Of a stretch of 64,000 nt of DNA, positions 1 through 8,256 are shown piece by piece; within the stretch, counting starts at the first letter, position 1; each line of letters opens with the position of its first letter. A program made the translations under genes and the position numbers. Origin of the DNA: Candidatus Omnitrophota bacterium (GTDB lineage Bacteria; Omnitrophota; Gorgyraeia; 2-01-FULL-45-10). Under the pieces are notes generated by a model. That model was not told the origin of the DNA. It saw only the letters and a list, made by a program, of their open reading frames with translations, and made no database searches. Location of the stretch: NCBI GenBank assembly GCA_003142795.1, contig PLNN01000024.1, positions 1,078 through 65,077 on the forward strand, written 5' to 3'.

Positions 1-158
1 GAAACAAATATAAGGTCGTCTGAGACAGGCGAAACGACAGGGCACACGCTCCCGGGGTTTTCCAGGCACGCCTTATTCTTGGCGCATGAAGTCGCGCTTT
101 TGACTATATTTGCGTCTATGTCCAATTTTTCTTTTTTAGGTTTGGTGTTTTCCGGCAT
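1..158 (-). CDS. Cys-rich hypothetical protein, truncated by the window edge (MPENTKPKKEKLDIDANIVKSATSCAKNKACLENPGSVCPVVS...)
   Basis: Read by hand: ATG (CAT at 156-158) follows the 161..415 gene with GAGG upstream; frame stays open to the left edge. Confidence 0.6.
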   Translation of the reverse strand, partial: MPENTKPKKEKLDIDANIVKSATSCAKNKACLENPGSVCPVVSPVSDDLIFV

Positions 159-160
159 AT

Positions 161-415
161 TTATTTCCTCTTACGTTTATTATTATTACTCAACCCCTCT
201 TCAGACAGTATCTTTTTGCATACTTCAGCCATGCATTTTTTACGTAAGACCGCGTCTTTTTCAAGGGTTGTCCAGAATGCCCTTGCCACTCTTCCCATAG
301 ACAAGTCAAGACCGGTTTGCGAGCGGACAGACCGGGTCGTCCTATCTATTATAGATTTTATCCGGCCGTTTATGCGGTACGAAGTCTTTAGCAGATGCTT
401 TGAGTCATTATTCAT
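161..415 (-). CDS. Small basic protein, possible ribbon-helix-helix DNA-binding fold
   Basis: 84 aa; alternating strand-like TSYRI followed by two predicted helices (..TGLDLSMGRVARAFW). Confidence 0.5.
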   Translation of the reverse strand: MNNDSKHLLKTSYRINGRIKSIIDRTTRSVRSQTGLDLSMGRVARAFWTTLEKDAVLRKKCMAEVCKKILSEEGLSNNNKRKRK

Positions 416-544
416 AATATTAAAAATGCGGATATTTGAGAGGTGCGTCTATATGTTAGGTTAAAAAGTTAGCTGGGTCAAGAACTATTTTGTCGGACAT
501 TGGATGAGGCCACAACTTACGGAAGGCCTTAAATTTGATAATTA

Positions 545-572
545 TTGACATTAAATTTTGAAGTATTATGAT
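545..572 (+). promoter_or_regulatory. sigma70-type promoter for the pseudouridine synthase gene
   Basis: TTGACA (545-550), 16 nt spacer, TATGAT (567-572). Confidence 0.55.
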
Positions 573-579
573 ATTCGAT

Positions 580-1284
580 ATGGCATTACACAATATAATC
601 CGCACGATCTCCAAATCAGGGCTATGTTCTCGGAAACAGGCGCTCTTACTCGTCCAAGAGGGTAAGGTCAGGGTAGGCGGGAAGGTAATCCTTGACCCTG
701 GACTTAAAGTGGACCATCCCGGCAAAATAACGGTCAATGGGAAACCTCTTGGCCAAAAAGCCAAGAGGTATATAATCCTGAACAAGCCTGCCGGATACGT
801 CACTACGCGCGTTGATGAGCTTAAGCGCCCTACGGTATATGAGTTCCTTAAAGATGTAAATGATTGGGTGTTTCCGGTAGGCAGACTTGATCTGGATTCC
901 GAAGGCCTTTTGATATTTACGAACGATACGAGATTCGGCGATGTCCTGACTGACCCTAAGTATGGGATCGAACGCACCTACGAAGTGCTTGTAGAGGGAT
1001 CCTTGCGAAGCGAGGATGTAAGGCATATCCTGAAAGGCGTAGATATAGGCTGCGGAGAAATAGCAAAACCAGTGCATTTAAAGGTCCTTGCCGCAAAAGA
1101 AGGATGCGCGCTTATCGAGATAACCCTTAGTGAAGGTAAGAACAGGGAGATAAGGCGCCTTTTCGAGTGCCTTGGGAAGCCTGTGAAGCAGCTAAAGCGA
1201 ATTAAATATGGCCCATTCAAGCTAGGGGCTATAAAGCCGGGCAAATGGGTCGAGATAAAAGACGCGCCCTCGAAGCTTCGATGA
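580..1284 (+). CDS. rRNA pseudouridine synthase, RsuA/RluB family
   Basis: N-terminal S4 domain (SKSGLCSRKQA), LNKPAGY, catalytic GRLDLDSEGL, EGKNREIRR. Confidence 0.93.
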   Translation: MALHNIIRTISKSGLCSRKQALLLVQEGKVRVGGKVILDPGLKVDHPGKITVNGKPLGQKAKRYIILNKPAGYVTTRVDELKRPTVYEFLKDVNDWVFPVGRLDLDSEGLLIFTNDTRFGDVLTDPKYGIERTYEVLVEGSLRSEDVRHILKGVDIGCGEIAKPVHLKVLAAKEGCALIEITLSEGKNREIRRLFECLGKPVKQLKRIKYGPFKLGAIKPGKWVEIKDAPSKLR

Positions 1285-1382
1285 ATTTTCTTTAAAATCC
1301 TGATAATTATGATATAATATTATATGTAAATAAATATAAGGGGTCACGATGACCATTATAACTACAGATTGACGTATTGTCG

Positions 1383-1415
1383 AAGCTCTCGCAATAAGCG
1401 GGAGCTTTTCTATTT
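1383..1415 (+). terminator. Intrinsic terminator-like hairpin
   Basis: AAGCTCTCGC-AATAA-GCGGGAGCTT followed by TTCTATTT. Confidence 0.65.
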
Positions 1416-1439
1416 GTAATATTAACTATGGAGGTGGTT

Positions 1440-1790
1440 ATGAAAAAGATCATGATGTTGATAGTGTTTTTAGCGGTGTTGGTGTGGAGCGTTTCCGGCT
1501 ATTGTCAGCCTTCGGGTCAAGCGGGAACTGGTAGCAGCGGCAGCAGCGTAGGAGACACAGGTAACGCGAGCAGCGCCGGGCAGGAAGCCCCGCCTTCAGC
1601 TCAAACTGGAAGCATGGGCAGCGCCAGCCAGGAATCCTCAGCAGTGAGCGAGTCTTCCAATAGATCTGACGCCATTGAGGATAACGCCCAGCAAGGGAGA
1701 GAGCAGTCTGAGAGTAATATAAATCATATGGAAGATCAGATGGCCTCTCACAGTACGTCGCAAAAAGAGGTTGATAAGATAGGCCGTTGA
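1440..1790 (+). CDS. Secreted low-complexity Ser/Gly/Gln-rich protein
   Basis: GGAGG RBS; signal peptide MKKIMMLIVFLAVLVWSVSGYC; disordered-looking body. Confidence 0.7.
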   Translation: MKKIMMLIVFLAVLVWSVSGYCQPSGQAGTGSSGSSVGDTGNASSAGQEAPPSAQTGSMGSASQESSAVSESSNRSDAIEDNAQQGREQSESNINHMEDQMASHSTSQKEVDKIGR

Positions 1791-1817
1791 AGCAGTCTGA
1801 TATTTTAGGAGATATTT

Positions 1818-2090
1818 ATGGCGGAGATTAAAGTCGAAAAGTTAGGGCGCGATGCGCTTGAGAAGATGGGTGTGTTCAAGTGGCCGGTATGGACTAAGGA
1901 AGTGTCGAAATTCGATTGGACCTATGACTCTGTCGAGCGCTGCTATTTTCTCGAGGGACAGGTTACGGTGAGTTGCAAAGGAGGCAAGGCGGTAAGTTTT
2001 GGGAAGGGTGATTTTGTGACGTTTCCGAATGGGCTAAGCTGTGTTTGGGATGTCAAGCAGGCGGTGAGGAAGCACTATCAGTTTGAGTAG
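1818..2090 (+). CDS. Cupin domain protein (DUF861/cupin_3 type)
   Basis: WPVWTKEVSKFDWTYDSVERCYFLEG...GDFVTFP...WDV...RKHY. Confidence 0.85.
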   Translation: MAEIKVEKLGRDALEKMGVFKWPVWTKEVSKFDWTYDSVERCYFLEGQVTVSCKGGKAVSFGKGDFVTFPNGLSCVWDVKQAVRKHYQFE

Positions 2091-2153
2091 CGAAAATAGG
2101 GACTGTCCCCGGACTGGGGCTTGACTAAGGTGGGGACTGTCCCAATTTTCGCT
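2089..2153. repeat. REPIN-like inverted doublet of GGGACTGTCCC palindromes
   Basis: AGCGAAAATAGGGACTGTCCCC (2089-2110) and GGGGACTGTCCCAATTTTCGCT (2132-2153) are 22-bp inverted repeats with 2 mismatches; each arm is itself palindromic. Confidence 0.85.
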
Positions 2154-2311
2154 CGTGGTAGAATGTGCTGCGTCGAGTGGTTCGCAGGGACGCTCAATTT
2201 TGGACCATGCCAAAATTTTCGCTCGAAAAACTTGCTCGGACGCTGCCTCGCAAGTTTTCACGCCCTGCTCACCACATCGCCACATCACATTCCTGACGTA
2301 GCGAAAAATTT
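2144..2311. repeat. Fold-back element, copy A (MITE-like or structured ncRNA)
   Basis: Near-identical to 22161-22336; ends AATTTTCG...CGAAAAATTT; long outer stem plus two inner hairpins. Confidence 0.85.
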
Positions 2312-2349
2312 AGCCATTATTGTTCGAGCGAGCAATTATTTAACTCTTG

Positions 2350-2372
2350 CGAGTCGAGAACTTCTCGACTCG
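2350..2372. repeat. Perfect 11-bp palindrome
   Basis: CGAGTCGAGAA-C-TTCTCGACTCG. Confidence 0.8.
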
Positions 2373-2471
2373 GGATTTTTCGTCAACGGGGCGGTGGCTG
2401 GTTCACTGACCGAGTGAGGCTGGTGCGTGATTGAATAGAGTGAGACGAACATTTTAAATAACGGAGGGGAC

Positions 2472-3152
2472 ATGAAAAATAAATTAATCGTATTATCTAT
2501 TTTATTAGGTTTACTGTTTCCCTCAACTCGAAATGCATATTCAGAAACTGCTCCAAGGCCTGCCTCCGACATAACAGTAATTTCGTTCAAGATCGAACAG
2601 CAGAAAGATACCTACCCTTATCCTGGCCCAATAGGGAGTAGCATAGATTCTATGGGCAACATTTATCGTAATAATGCCTATTTATGCGTTGATTTAAAAA
2701 ATAATAGCAATGCTTGGGAGTATGCCAACGTACCGTTAAGGATTTATTATTACGATAAAAATGATTTCAAGTTTTCAGAAGTGATAGTTAAAACTCCAAA
2801 TGGTGAAAAGATATCTTTGGGAGAAGAAAAGAAATTTAGAATATTTCTCGAAGGTTCAGAGTATCCCTATGAGCAAACAGTTGGTTTTAAATACAAGGTG
2901 ATCGTATCGCCTGAGGATATAAGGACAACCAGTGATTGGAGAAGCCTAAAGGTTGGTATGACCCAAGATGAAGTCCGCAAAATTTTGGGTGAACCCACGC
3001 ACATAGATGAGCCTGCTTCTGATAGCCCAACCTGGACATATTATGCAGGAGACTTGATCCCTTTATCAGGAAGCAGGGTATATTTTGGAACCATTGGGCC
3101 ATTATGGAATCAAAAGAAGTTGGTAGTAAAAAAATGGGAAGAGCCCCTGTAA
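2472..3152 (+). CDS. Exported protein with C-terminal SmpA/OmlA(BamE)-like domain
   Basis: GGAGGG RBS; signal peptide; LKVGMTQDEVRKILGEP...WTY motif. Confidence 0.7.
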   Translation: MKNKLIVLSILLGLLFPSTRNAYSETAPRPASDITVISFKIEQQKDTYPYPGPIGSSIDSMGNIYRNNAYLCVDLKNNSNAWEYANVPLRIYYYDKNDFKFSEVIVKTPNGEKISLGEEKKFRIFLEGSEYPYEQTVGFKYKVIVSPEDIRTTSDWRSLKVGMTQDEVRKILGEPTHIDEPASDSPTWTYYAGDLIPLSGSRVYFGTIGPLWNQKKLVVKKWEEPL

Positions 3153-3944
3153 ATGAATGTCAAATCAGTAAAGATGGAATTTAATACCATAAACGATGCA
3201 CGAAATTTAATTAAGGAGTTAGAATCTGAATCAAAAAAAGTTTTATTTAGAGGCCATTCTAATGCGGAATGGAAGCTACTGCCCTCGGTAGGAAGAAGTA
3301 ATAAGACCGTAATTGTTGAAAATAAGGAACTTGTTGAATTTAAGGCTACAGTCTTAGCGATATCAGAAAAGTATAAAGGCAACAAATATTTCCAAGAGTT
3401 TGGTTCGTCAGATTTTAGTTTATTTGCATTAGCGCAACATTACGAATTATTCCCTACACGGTTTCTTGATTGGACAGATCATGTATTAATTGCTCTGTTT
3501 TTCGCTAGTAATAATCATCCATCGTTAGATGGTTGTATTTGGATGTTTTCCGTGCCAGGTAATTCTAACCCCTGTTGGCGGATATCCGAAAGAAATGACG
3601 ACCCTTTAGCGTATGAGCAGTTAAAAATATTTTTTGTGCCATTCTTTATAGACGAATGGAGAGAGAAAATAGAAAATAAAACCTTTGGCAATCGGCGTCC
3701 ACAAGTACAGCGGTCCATAATGACCATCCATCCTAAAATAGAGAACAATTATAAGAGTTTGAACGAATTAATTGCTGGGGAAATGCTTTCTCAAATTAAA
3801 ATTCCAGCTCAAAGCAAGGAGAGTATTTTAAAAATTCTGTCCGAGGAATACTTCATTAATGCGGACACCATTTTAAATGGGAAAACTGCTCTAGACATAA
3901 AAAGTGAACAGGCTTGGAAAGATATCTTGCAGAAAAATATATGA
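3153..3944 (+). CDS. FRG domain protein
   Basis: LFRGHSNAEWKLLPS and LAQHYELFPTRFLDWT...ALFFA signature; AT-rich. Confidence 0.88.
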   Translation: MNVKSVKMEFNTINDARNLIKELESESKKVLFRGHSNAEWKLLPSVGRSNKTVIVENKELVEFKATVLAISEKYKGNKYFQEFGSSDFSLFALAQHYELFPTRFLDWTDHVLIALFFASNNHPSLDGCIWMFSVPGNSNPCWRISERNDDPLAYEQLKIFFVPFFIDEWREKIENKTFGNRRPQVQRSIMTIHPKIENNYKSLNELIAGEMLSQIKIPAQSKESILKILSEEYFINADTILNGKTALDIKSEQAWKDILQKNI

Positions 3945-4020
3945 ATTTGTAATAACGGGGACGGTCCAGAAAGGGCCACCCCATGGGAGGGTACCAAAAG
4001 GACCGTCCCCAGAAATTCAT
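3941..4020. repeat. GGGGAC-family inverted repeat (REPIN-like)
   Basis: GGGGACGGTCC (3957-3967) / GGACCGTCCCC (4000-4010) perfect IR, enclosed by ATGAATTT / AAATTCAT. Confidence 0.8.
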
Positions 4021-4066
4021 TAAAACGTGAAATAAAATATAAACCGAATAATTGGAAAACTAAACA

Positions 4067-5311
4067 ATGATAAATTCACAGGATGAACTATTGTTTCACG
4101 AAATAGATTTTCCAAATTTGCTCGGAGAAATGAAGAGAGGCCTTAATACAGAAATCTCGTCATTAAGTCGTGATCGAATGCTTAAAGAATCCGATGATGA
4201 TCTTTACGCTTTCTTTGTTGAAAAATACTCTCCCGTAGTCGCTGTATTACATGATGAACAAAAACATGTACTCCCTCCAAAGGATATTCGCATAGATGTT
4301 AGAGGTCGTTTTGATTACGCAATAGAGGATGAGAGGGCGCCTGCATTCGTCAAAGGAACTTTAATTACAATTGTAATTCCGTTTGAAGGCGACAGCCAAT
4401 ATTTTAAATTCCGGCCTTCAGCATATTCATTGTCCGGCGTTCGTGGTGATATTATTGATAATGAAGTGCATTTGAAATATTCGGGCCTCCCTCAAGACAT
4501 GAGTACAGAAGCTATAAAAACTAAAATGGAGCACGATATCAAACAGATAAAGGAATATTTAACACGATTGTCGCAAGAAACCGAAACTCATAATAAATAT
4601 GTAAAAGATGAAACACGAAAACTTCTTGATGCAAGAAGAAATGCGGTTCTGAAAGATGAATCATTAGTTGAGAGCCTCGGAATACCCATTAAGCGGCGGC
4701 CCGATGATAATTCAACTTTTACTATTCCAGTTGTAAGGAGGATGCCTGCGATTGAACAACATCACGATAAAACTCCTAAGCCAAGAGAGCCTATTTTACA
4801 AGAAGTAGAATATAACCACATTTTAGACTTGATTTCACGCATGGCTATTGTTATGGAGCGTAGCCCAAAAGCTTTTTACGAAATGGATGAGGAATCGATA
4901 AGATGGCAATTTTTAATTCCACTAAATAGCCATTATGAAGGCATGGCCTCAGGAGAAACGTTTAATTATTCTGGCAAAACAGATATACTTATTCGTTTTG
5001 AGGGCAAAAATGTGTTTATTGCCGAATGTAAAATTTGGCAAGGTGCAAAGGTATTTCTCGATACTATTGACCAAATTTTGAAATATACTAGCTGGCGCGA
5101 TACCAAAACTGCGATTATCTTGTTTAATAAAAATGAAAACTTTACATCAGTTCTTGCACAGATCCCGAATCTAGTTAAAACGCACCCATCTTTTGTATCT
5201 GATTTAGGAAAGCGAGACGAGACAATTTTTAAATTTATCCTTCATAACCCCGAGGATAAAGACAGAAAATTAATCATGACGGTTTTGGCATTTAACATTC
5301 CAAAAAAATAA
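4067..5311 (+). CDS. Hypothetical protein with C-terminal PD-(D/E)xK nuclease-like motif
   Basis: 414 aa, AT-rich; GETFN..GKTDILIR.....FIAECKIW resembles the restriction-endonuclease-fold D...ExK motif; central coiled-coil-like segment. Confidence 0.6.
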   Translation: MINSQDELLFHEIDFPNLLGEMKRGLNTEISSLSRDRMLKESDDDLYAFFVEKYSPVVAVLHDEQKHVLPPKDIRIDVRGRFDYAIEDERAPAFVKGTLITIVIPFEGDSQYFKFRPSAYSLSGVRGDIIDNEVHLKYSGLPQDMSTEAIKTKMEHDIKQIKEYLTRLSQETETHNKYVKDETRKLLDARRNAVLKDESLVESLGIPIKRRPDDNSTFTIPVVRRMPAIEQHHDKTPKPREPILQEVEYNHILDLISRMAIVMERSPKAFYEMDEESIRWQFLIPLNSHYEGMASGETFNYSGKTDILIRFEGKNVFIAECKIWQGAKVFLDTIDQILKYTSWRDTKTAIILFNKNENFTSVLAQIPNLVKTHPSFVSDLGKRDETIFKFILHNPEDKDRKLIMTVLAFNIPKK

Positions 5312-5336
5312 GGGATAACGGTGCTAGATTAATTGT

Positions 5337-5377
5337 GGGGACGGGGATGGAGGCGATCCCAGACCTGTTCCGGGACA
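5337..5377. repeat. Degenerate GGGGAC-family hairpin
   Basis: GGGGACGGGGAT-GGAGGCG-ATCCC...CCTGTTCC at a gene junction. Confidence 0.5.
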
Positions 5378-5401
5378 AAAGATATAGGAGAGATAATGTA
5401 A

Positions 5402-5863
5402 ATGTGTCCTACGACTGGCTTGTTGCAATTGGTTCTCACTGGATTATTCCTCTTTCTCGTATTCCAGGTTATAAAGACGTATAATGCCGCTAAAACGAAT
5501 TTTGGGACACTTTCAGGATTGTTATCAACGCCGAAGACTAAATGGGGATATTTGTCTATCAGGCTTGAGGGGACTTATAAGGGCAGAAAGGCGGCATTGA
5601 ACTATTGGTTGGTGGGAGTTGAAGGGGGTTATCAAATAGACTTTTACATCGAACCGATAGGCGATTTAAAGAAACAAAAATTTATTTTTTTGAGTTATCC
5701 GAAGCCGACAGAAAACACTGTTTTAAGAGGAAAAAAGCTTCTCTATTCAGATCCCTATTTCCGCAATAGGCCGCATGAGATATATCCTGTTCAGAAATTT
5801 ACAGATATATTGGAAACGTTGACCCAGGCAGCCGGTATAGTGGAAAGTCAGGGGAGAAAATAG
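5402..5863 (+). CDS. Hypothetical protein with N-terminal membrane anchor
   Basis: 153 aa ORF, AGGAG upstream, one hydrophobic segment. Confidence 0.6.
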   Translation: MCPTTGLLQLVLTGLFLFLVFQVIKTYNAAKTNFGTLSGLLSTPKTKWGYLSIRLEGTYKGRKAALNYWLVGVEGGYQIDFYIEPIGDLKKQKFIFLSYPKPTENTVLRGKKLLYSDPYFRNRPHEIYPVQKFTDILETLTQAAGIVESQGRK

Positions 5864-5887
5864 CGAGTTTATGGAATTTGGAATTCA

Positions 5888-6659
5888 GGGGACGTTCCCC
5901 AAGGCGACAGACTGTTAGATTGTAACGCATTGTAAACAAAGATGTTGTAACTGCGTTAAGAAATATTTTAAAATAATTGCAATAATTTTCCTCTTTTTAT
6001 CGTCTATATATATGAGAAGCATATAGACTGAAAAAGGAGGATTTTTTATGTCAAGACAAGCCCGCTTATTGGAAGATGGCGGCTATTATCACATCATTAC
6101 CCGTGGTAATGATCGCAAGCGGATATTCCGATCTGACCCTGATTTCATCTATTTTTTAAAACTTGTCAAAGAAGCCCTGGGAAAGAAGAGTATTAATATT
6201 CATCACTATTGCCTGATGAATAATCATCTGCATTTTCTGATAAGCGTTATTGATTCAAGGCTAGCGCCGAAGTTCTTCCAAAACATATTTCAGCGATATG
6301 CCTATTATTTCCGTAAACGTTACCGGCATGTAGGCTATCTATTTCAAAATAGGTATAAAAGCTATCCGATCGAAAAGGATGGCTACTTATTGGAATGCGG
6401 CCGATATATCGAAAGAAACCCTTTAAGGGCAGGCATTGTTAAAGATGCGGTGGATTATCGATGGTCCAGTTATTTACATTATGCCTGTGGCAAAAAAGAT
6501 GATATAATATTATCAAATCCTGCGTACATAGAATTATCACAGGATGATGATGAGCGTAAGCGTTTATATAGGGAATACATTCTTCAGGAAAGACCTTACG
6601 AACATCTTGTAGATAAAGGACTTAGGGTCGGGTAGTGTGTCCCCGCGGGGAACGTCCCC
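5888..6659 (+). mobile_element. RAYT locus bounded by exact 13-bp inverted REP-like palindromes
   Basis: GGGGACGTTCCCC (5888-5900) and its exact reverse complement GGGGAACGTCCCC (6647-6659) flank the transposase gene. Confidence 0.8.
6048..6635 (+). CDS. REP-associated tyrosine transposase (RAYT; Y1 HUH nuclease, IS200/IS605 TnpA superfamily)
   Basis: YHIITRGN, YCLMNNHLH (HUH), LFQNRYKS, RYIERNPLRAG (catalytic Tyr), YRWSSY; AAGGAGG RBS; intact. Confidence 0.92.
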   Translation: MSRQARLLEDGGYYHIITRGNDRKRIFRSDPDFIYFLKLVKEALGKKSINIHHYCLMNNHLHFLISVIDSRLAPKFFQNIFQRYAYYFRKRYRHVGYLFQNRYKSYPIEKDGYLLECGRYIERNPLRAGIVKDAVDYRWSSYLHYACGKKDDIILSNPAYIELSQDDDERKRLYREYILQERPYEHLVDKGLRVG

Positions 6660-6686
6660 GATAGTGAATAACTAACTAGGAGAATT

Positions 6687-6938
6687 ATGCGTAAATTTGT
6701 TATGGTTTTAGCGCTGATCGTGGGACTGTCTATTACGGTTTACGCCGCCGATGAGAAGAAAGTTAAAGGCATAGAGGTGGTGCCGGAAACAGTAACCGCC
6801 GTGGTTGATAAGACAAACGCATTATTGTCGGGCAAGCTGGAATTTACGATGACGGAAGATAGGTCCAAATATAATAAAAAATATACAGTGAACGCCCTCG
6901 GAAATAAAGTCCCGGCTTCAACTGTTACGAAAAATTGA
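6687..6938 (+). CDS. Small secreted protein
   Basis: AGGAG RBS; signal peptide ending VYA. Confidence 0.65.
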   Translation: MRKFVMVLALIVGLSITVYAADEKKVKGIEVVPETVTAVVDKTNALLSGKLEFTMTEDRSKYNKKYTVNALGNKVPASTVTKN

Positions 6939-6959
6939 AAACGTTTAAATATGGAATCT

Positions 6960-6992
6960 GGGGACGGGCCATTTGGGGACACGCGGCGGAGG
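6960..6992 (+). repeat. Tandem GGGGAC motifs; includes copy 1 of a 21-bp direct repeat
   Basis: GGGGACGGGCC then TTTGGGGACACGCGGCGGAGG (6972-6992), identical to 8234-8254. Confidence 0.85.
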
Positions 6993-7038
6993 GGGATGCG
7001 CCGAAGCAGGACGTTTACACAATGTCTGGGGCGACTGT

Positions 7039-7434
7039 ATGAAAATTGCGTTTAATGTTTTAGTTTTTATGTGCATATTTCTTTCTTTGGGGTTAACGGG
7101 ATGTCAAAATTCCGATCTTAAGGATCCGTACGAGATAAATGTAATCAAGGCAAAGACGCTTCCGCTAGGTATTCCAAAGGGCATGCTAATACCAGAAATG
7201 AGAGGTGCGCCTTTACAATCCTCTGGTTTTACGAAAGATGAAAAATATGAGATCATTTATTTTAAAACACCCCCCATCAATTCTGAGAATGTAGGCGTGC
7301 TTGTTGAAGTGAGTAGCCAACAAGTTGTAGGATTTCGGGTTTACGAGTGGGTATATAGAGCGCTTGATCAATATGTGGACGTAGTGCGAAAAGAATTTAA
7401 TATGACCTCAGATAAAGCACAACGGTTGCCATAG
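7039..7434 (+). CDS. Putative lipoprotein
   Basis: MKIAFNVLVFMCIFLSLGLTG-C lipobox; start reassigned to ATG 7039. Confidence 0.65.
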   Translation: MKIAFNVLVFMCIFLSLGLTGCQNSDLKDPYEINVIKAKTLPLGIPKGMLIPEMRGAPLQSSGFTKDEKYEIIYFKTPPINSENVGVLVEVSSQQVVGFRVYEWVYRALDQYVDVVRKEFNMTSDKAQRLP

Positions 7435-7480
7435 CAAAATAAGTCAAAGGAGTAAGAACCAGGATAGAAGGGACGAATAA

Positions 7481-7636
7481 ATGAAAAAATGTAAAAGGTG
7501 CGGGGTGCCGATGGAGGGGTTCATGTATAAGTGGGTGGCGGCGAAGCTATTTGGCGTAAAACCATCCGGGAAGAATGCGGATCTGTGCAATAAGTGCGAG
7601 GACAAGCCGGAGAAAACTTGGGGGTGCTGTAAATAA
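7481..7636 (+). CDS. 51-aa CxxC...CxxC mini-protein, putative Zn-binding (not in ORF track)
   Basis: Manual translation MKKCKRCGVPMEGFMYKWVAAKLFGVKPSGKNADLCNKCEDKPEKTWGCCK; AAGGGA upstream. Confidence 0.7.
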   Translation: MKKCKRCGVPMEGFMYKWVAAKLFGVKPSGKNADLCNKCEDKPEKTWGCCK

Positions 7637-7655
7637 AATTCGGGGATATGGGTCC

Positions 7656-7684
7656 TTGACAAGGTTCATCACTTATGATACACT
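7656..7684 (+). promoter_or_regulatory. sigma70 promoter of the TA operon
   Basis: TTGACA-17 nt-TACACT. Confidence 0.7.
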
Positions 7685-7704
7685 TATAGCAGGAGGTGAA
7701 TGAT

Positions 7705-7935
7705 ATGGCTACAAAGATGCCGAGACTCAATGTGGTGCTTGAACCACCGATGTATTTTGCCATTGTCAGTATGGCCAAAAAGGAAGGGATATCTCTTTCC
7801 CTGAAAGCCCGTGATCTCATACGGGAAGCGTTGGATTTCTGCGAAGATAGCTTTTGGACTAAAGAAGCGAACAAAAGAGAAAGAACATTCAGCCGCAAAA
7901 GAGCGCTTTCCCATAAAAAGGTTTGGGGTAAGTGA
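7705..7935 (+). CDS. Type II antitoxin, RHH family
   Basis: AGGAGG RBS; PRLNVVLE...AKKEGISLSLKARDLIREAL; C-terminal LSHKKVW; overlaps toxin start. Confidence 0.85.
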   Translation: MATKMPRLNVVLEPPMYFAIVSMAKKEGISLSLKARDLIREALDFCEDSFWTKEANKRERTFSRKRALSHKKVWGK

Positions 7936-8210
7936 TGAAGTATAGTTTGATCTATCATCCCGACGTATACGGTGAAGATATTAAGAATATTCCCGCCAAC
8001 ATAAAAAAGCGTATACGCAATGCTATCGAAACGCGCCTTCAGAACGATCCAATACTTTACGGTAAACCTTTGCGTCAAAGCCTCAAAGGGCATAGGCGGC
8101 TTCGCGTCGGCGATTGGCGTGTCATTTATAGAGTAGAAGCACATGAAGTTGTAATTCTCAGGATAGGGCACCGGAAAGAGATCTATAACAAGCCTCCCCG
8201 AAGATTCTGA
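7932..8210 (+). CDS. relE: Type II toxin, RelE/ParE family
   Basis: GKPLRQSLKGHRRLRVGDWRVIY...IGHRKEIY. Confidence 0.9.
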   Translation: MMKYSLIYHPDVYGEDIKNIPANIKKRIRNAIETRLQNDPILYGKPLRQSLKGHRRLRVGDWRVIYRVEAHEVVILRIGHRKEIYNKPPRRF

Positions 8211-8220
8211 TAGGAAATCC

Positions 8221-8254
8221 GGGGGGCGGGAGTTTTGGGGACACGCGGCGGAGG
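8221..8254 (+). repeat. Copy 2 of the 21-bp GGGGAC direct repeat
   Basis: GGGGGGCGGG then TTTGGGGACACGCGGCGGAGG (8234-8254); its GGAGG is placed as RBS of the next gene. Confidence 0.85.
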
Positions 8255-8256
8255 AT

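Noticed and set aside
2034-2417. ORFs 2034..2288 and 2121..2417 (and 22117..22299, 22172..22372) with similar translations
   Set aside because: The similarity comes from the repeated fold-back DNA element, not from protein genes.
5919-5960. GTAA..TT..AA..TTGT dyad-like motif upstream of the RAYT as a recombinase site
   Set aside because: Symmetry is weak and there is only one copy in the window.
5888-6659. IS200/IS605 element with TnpB
   Set aside because: No tnpB; protein length and motifs fit a RAYT rather than IS200 TnpA.
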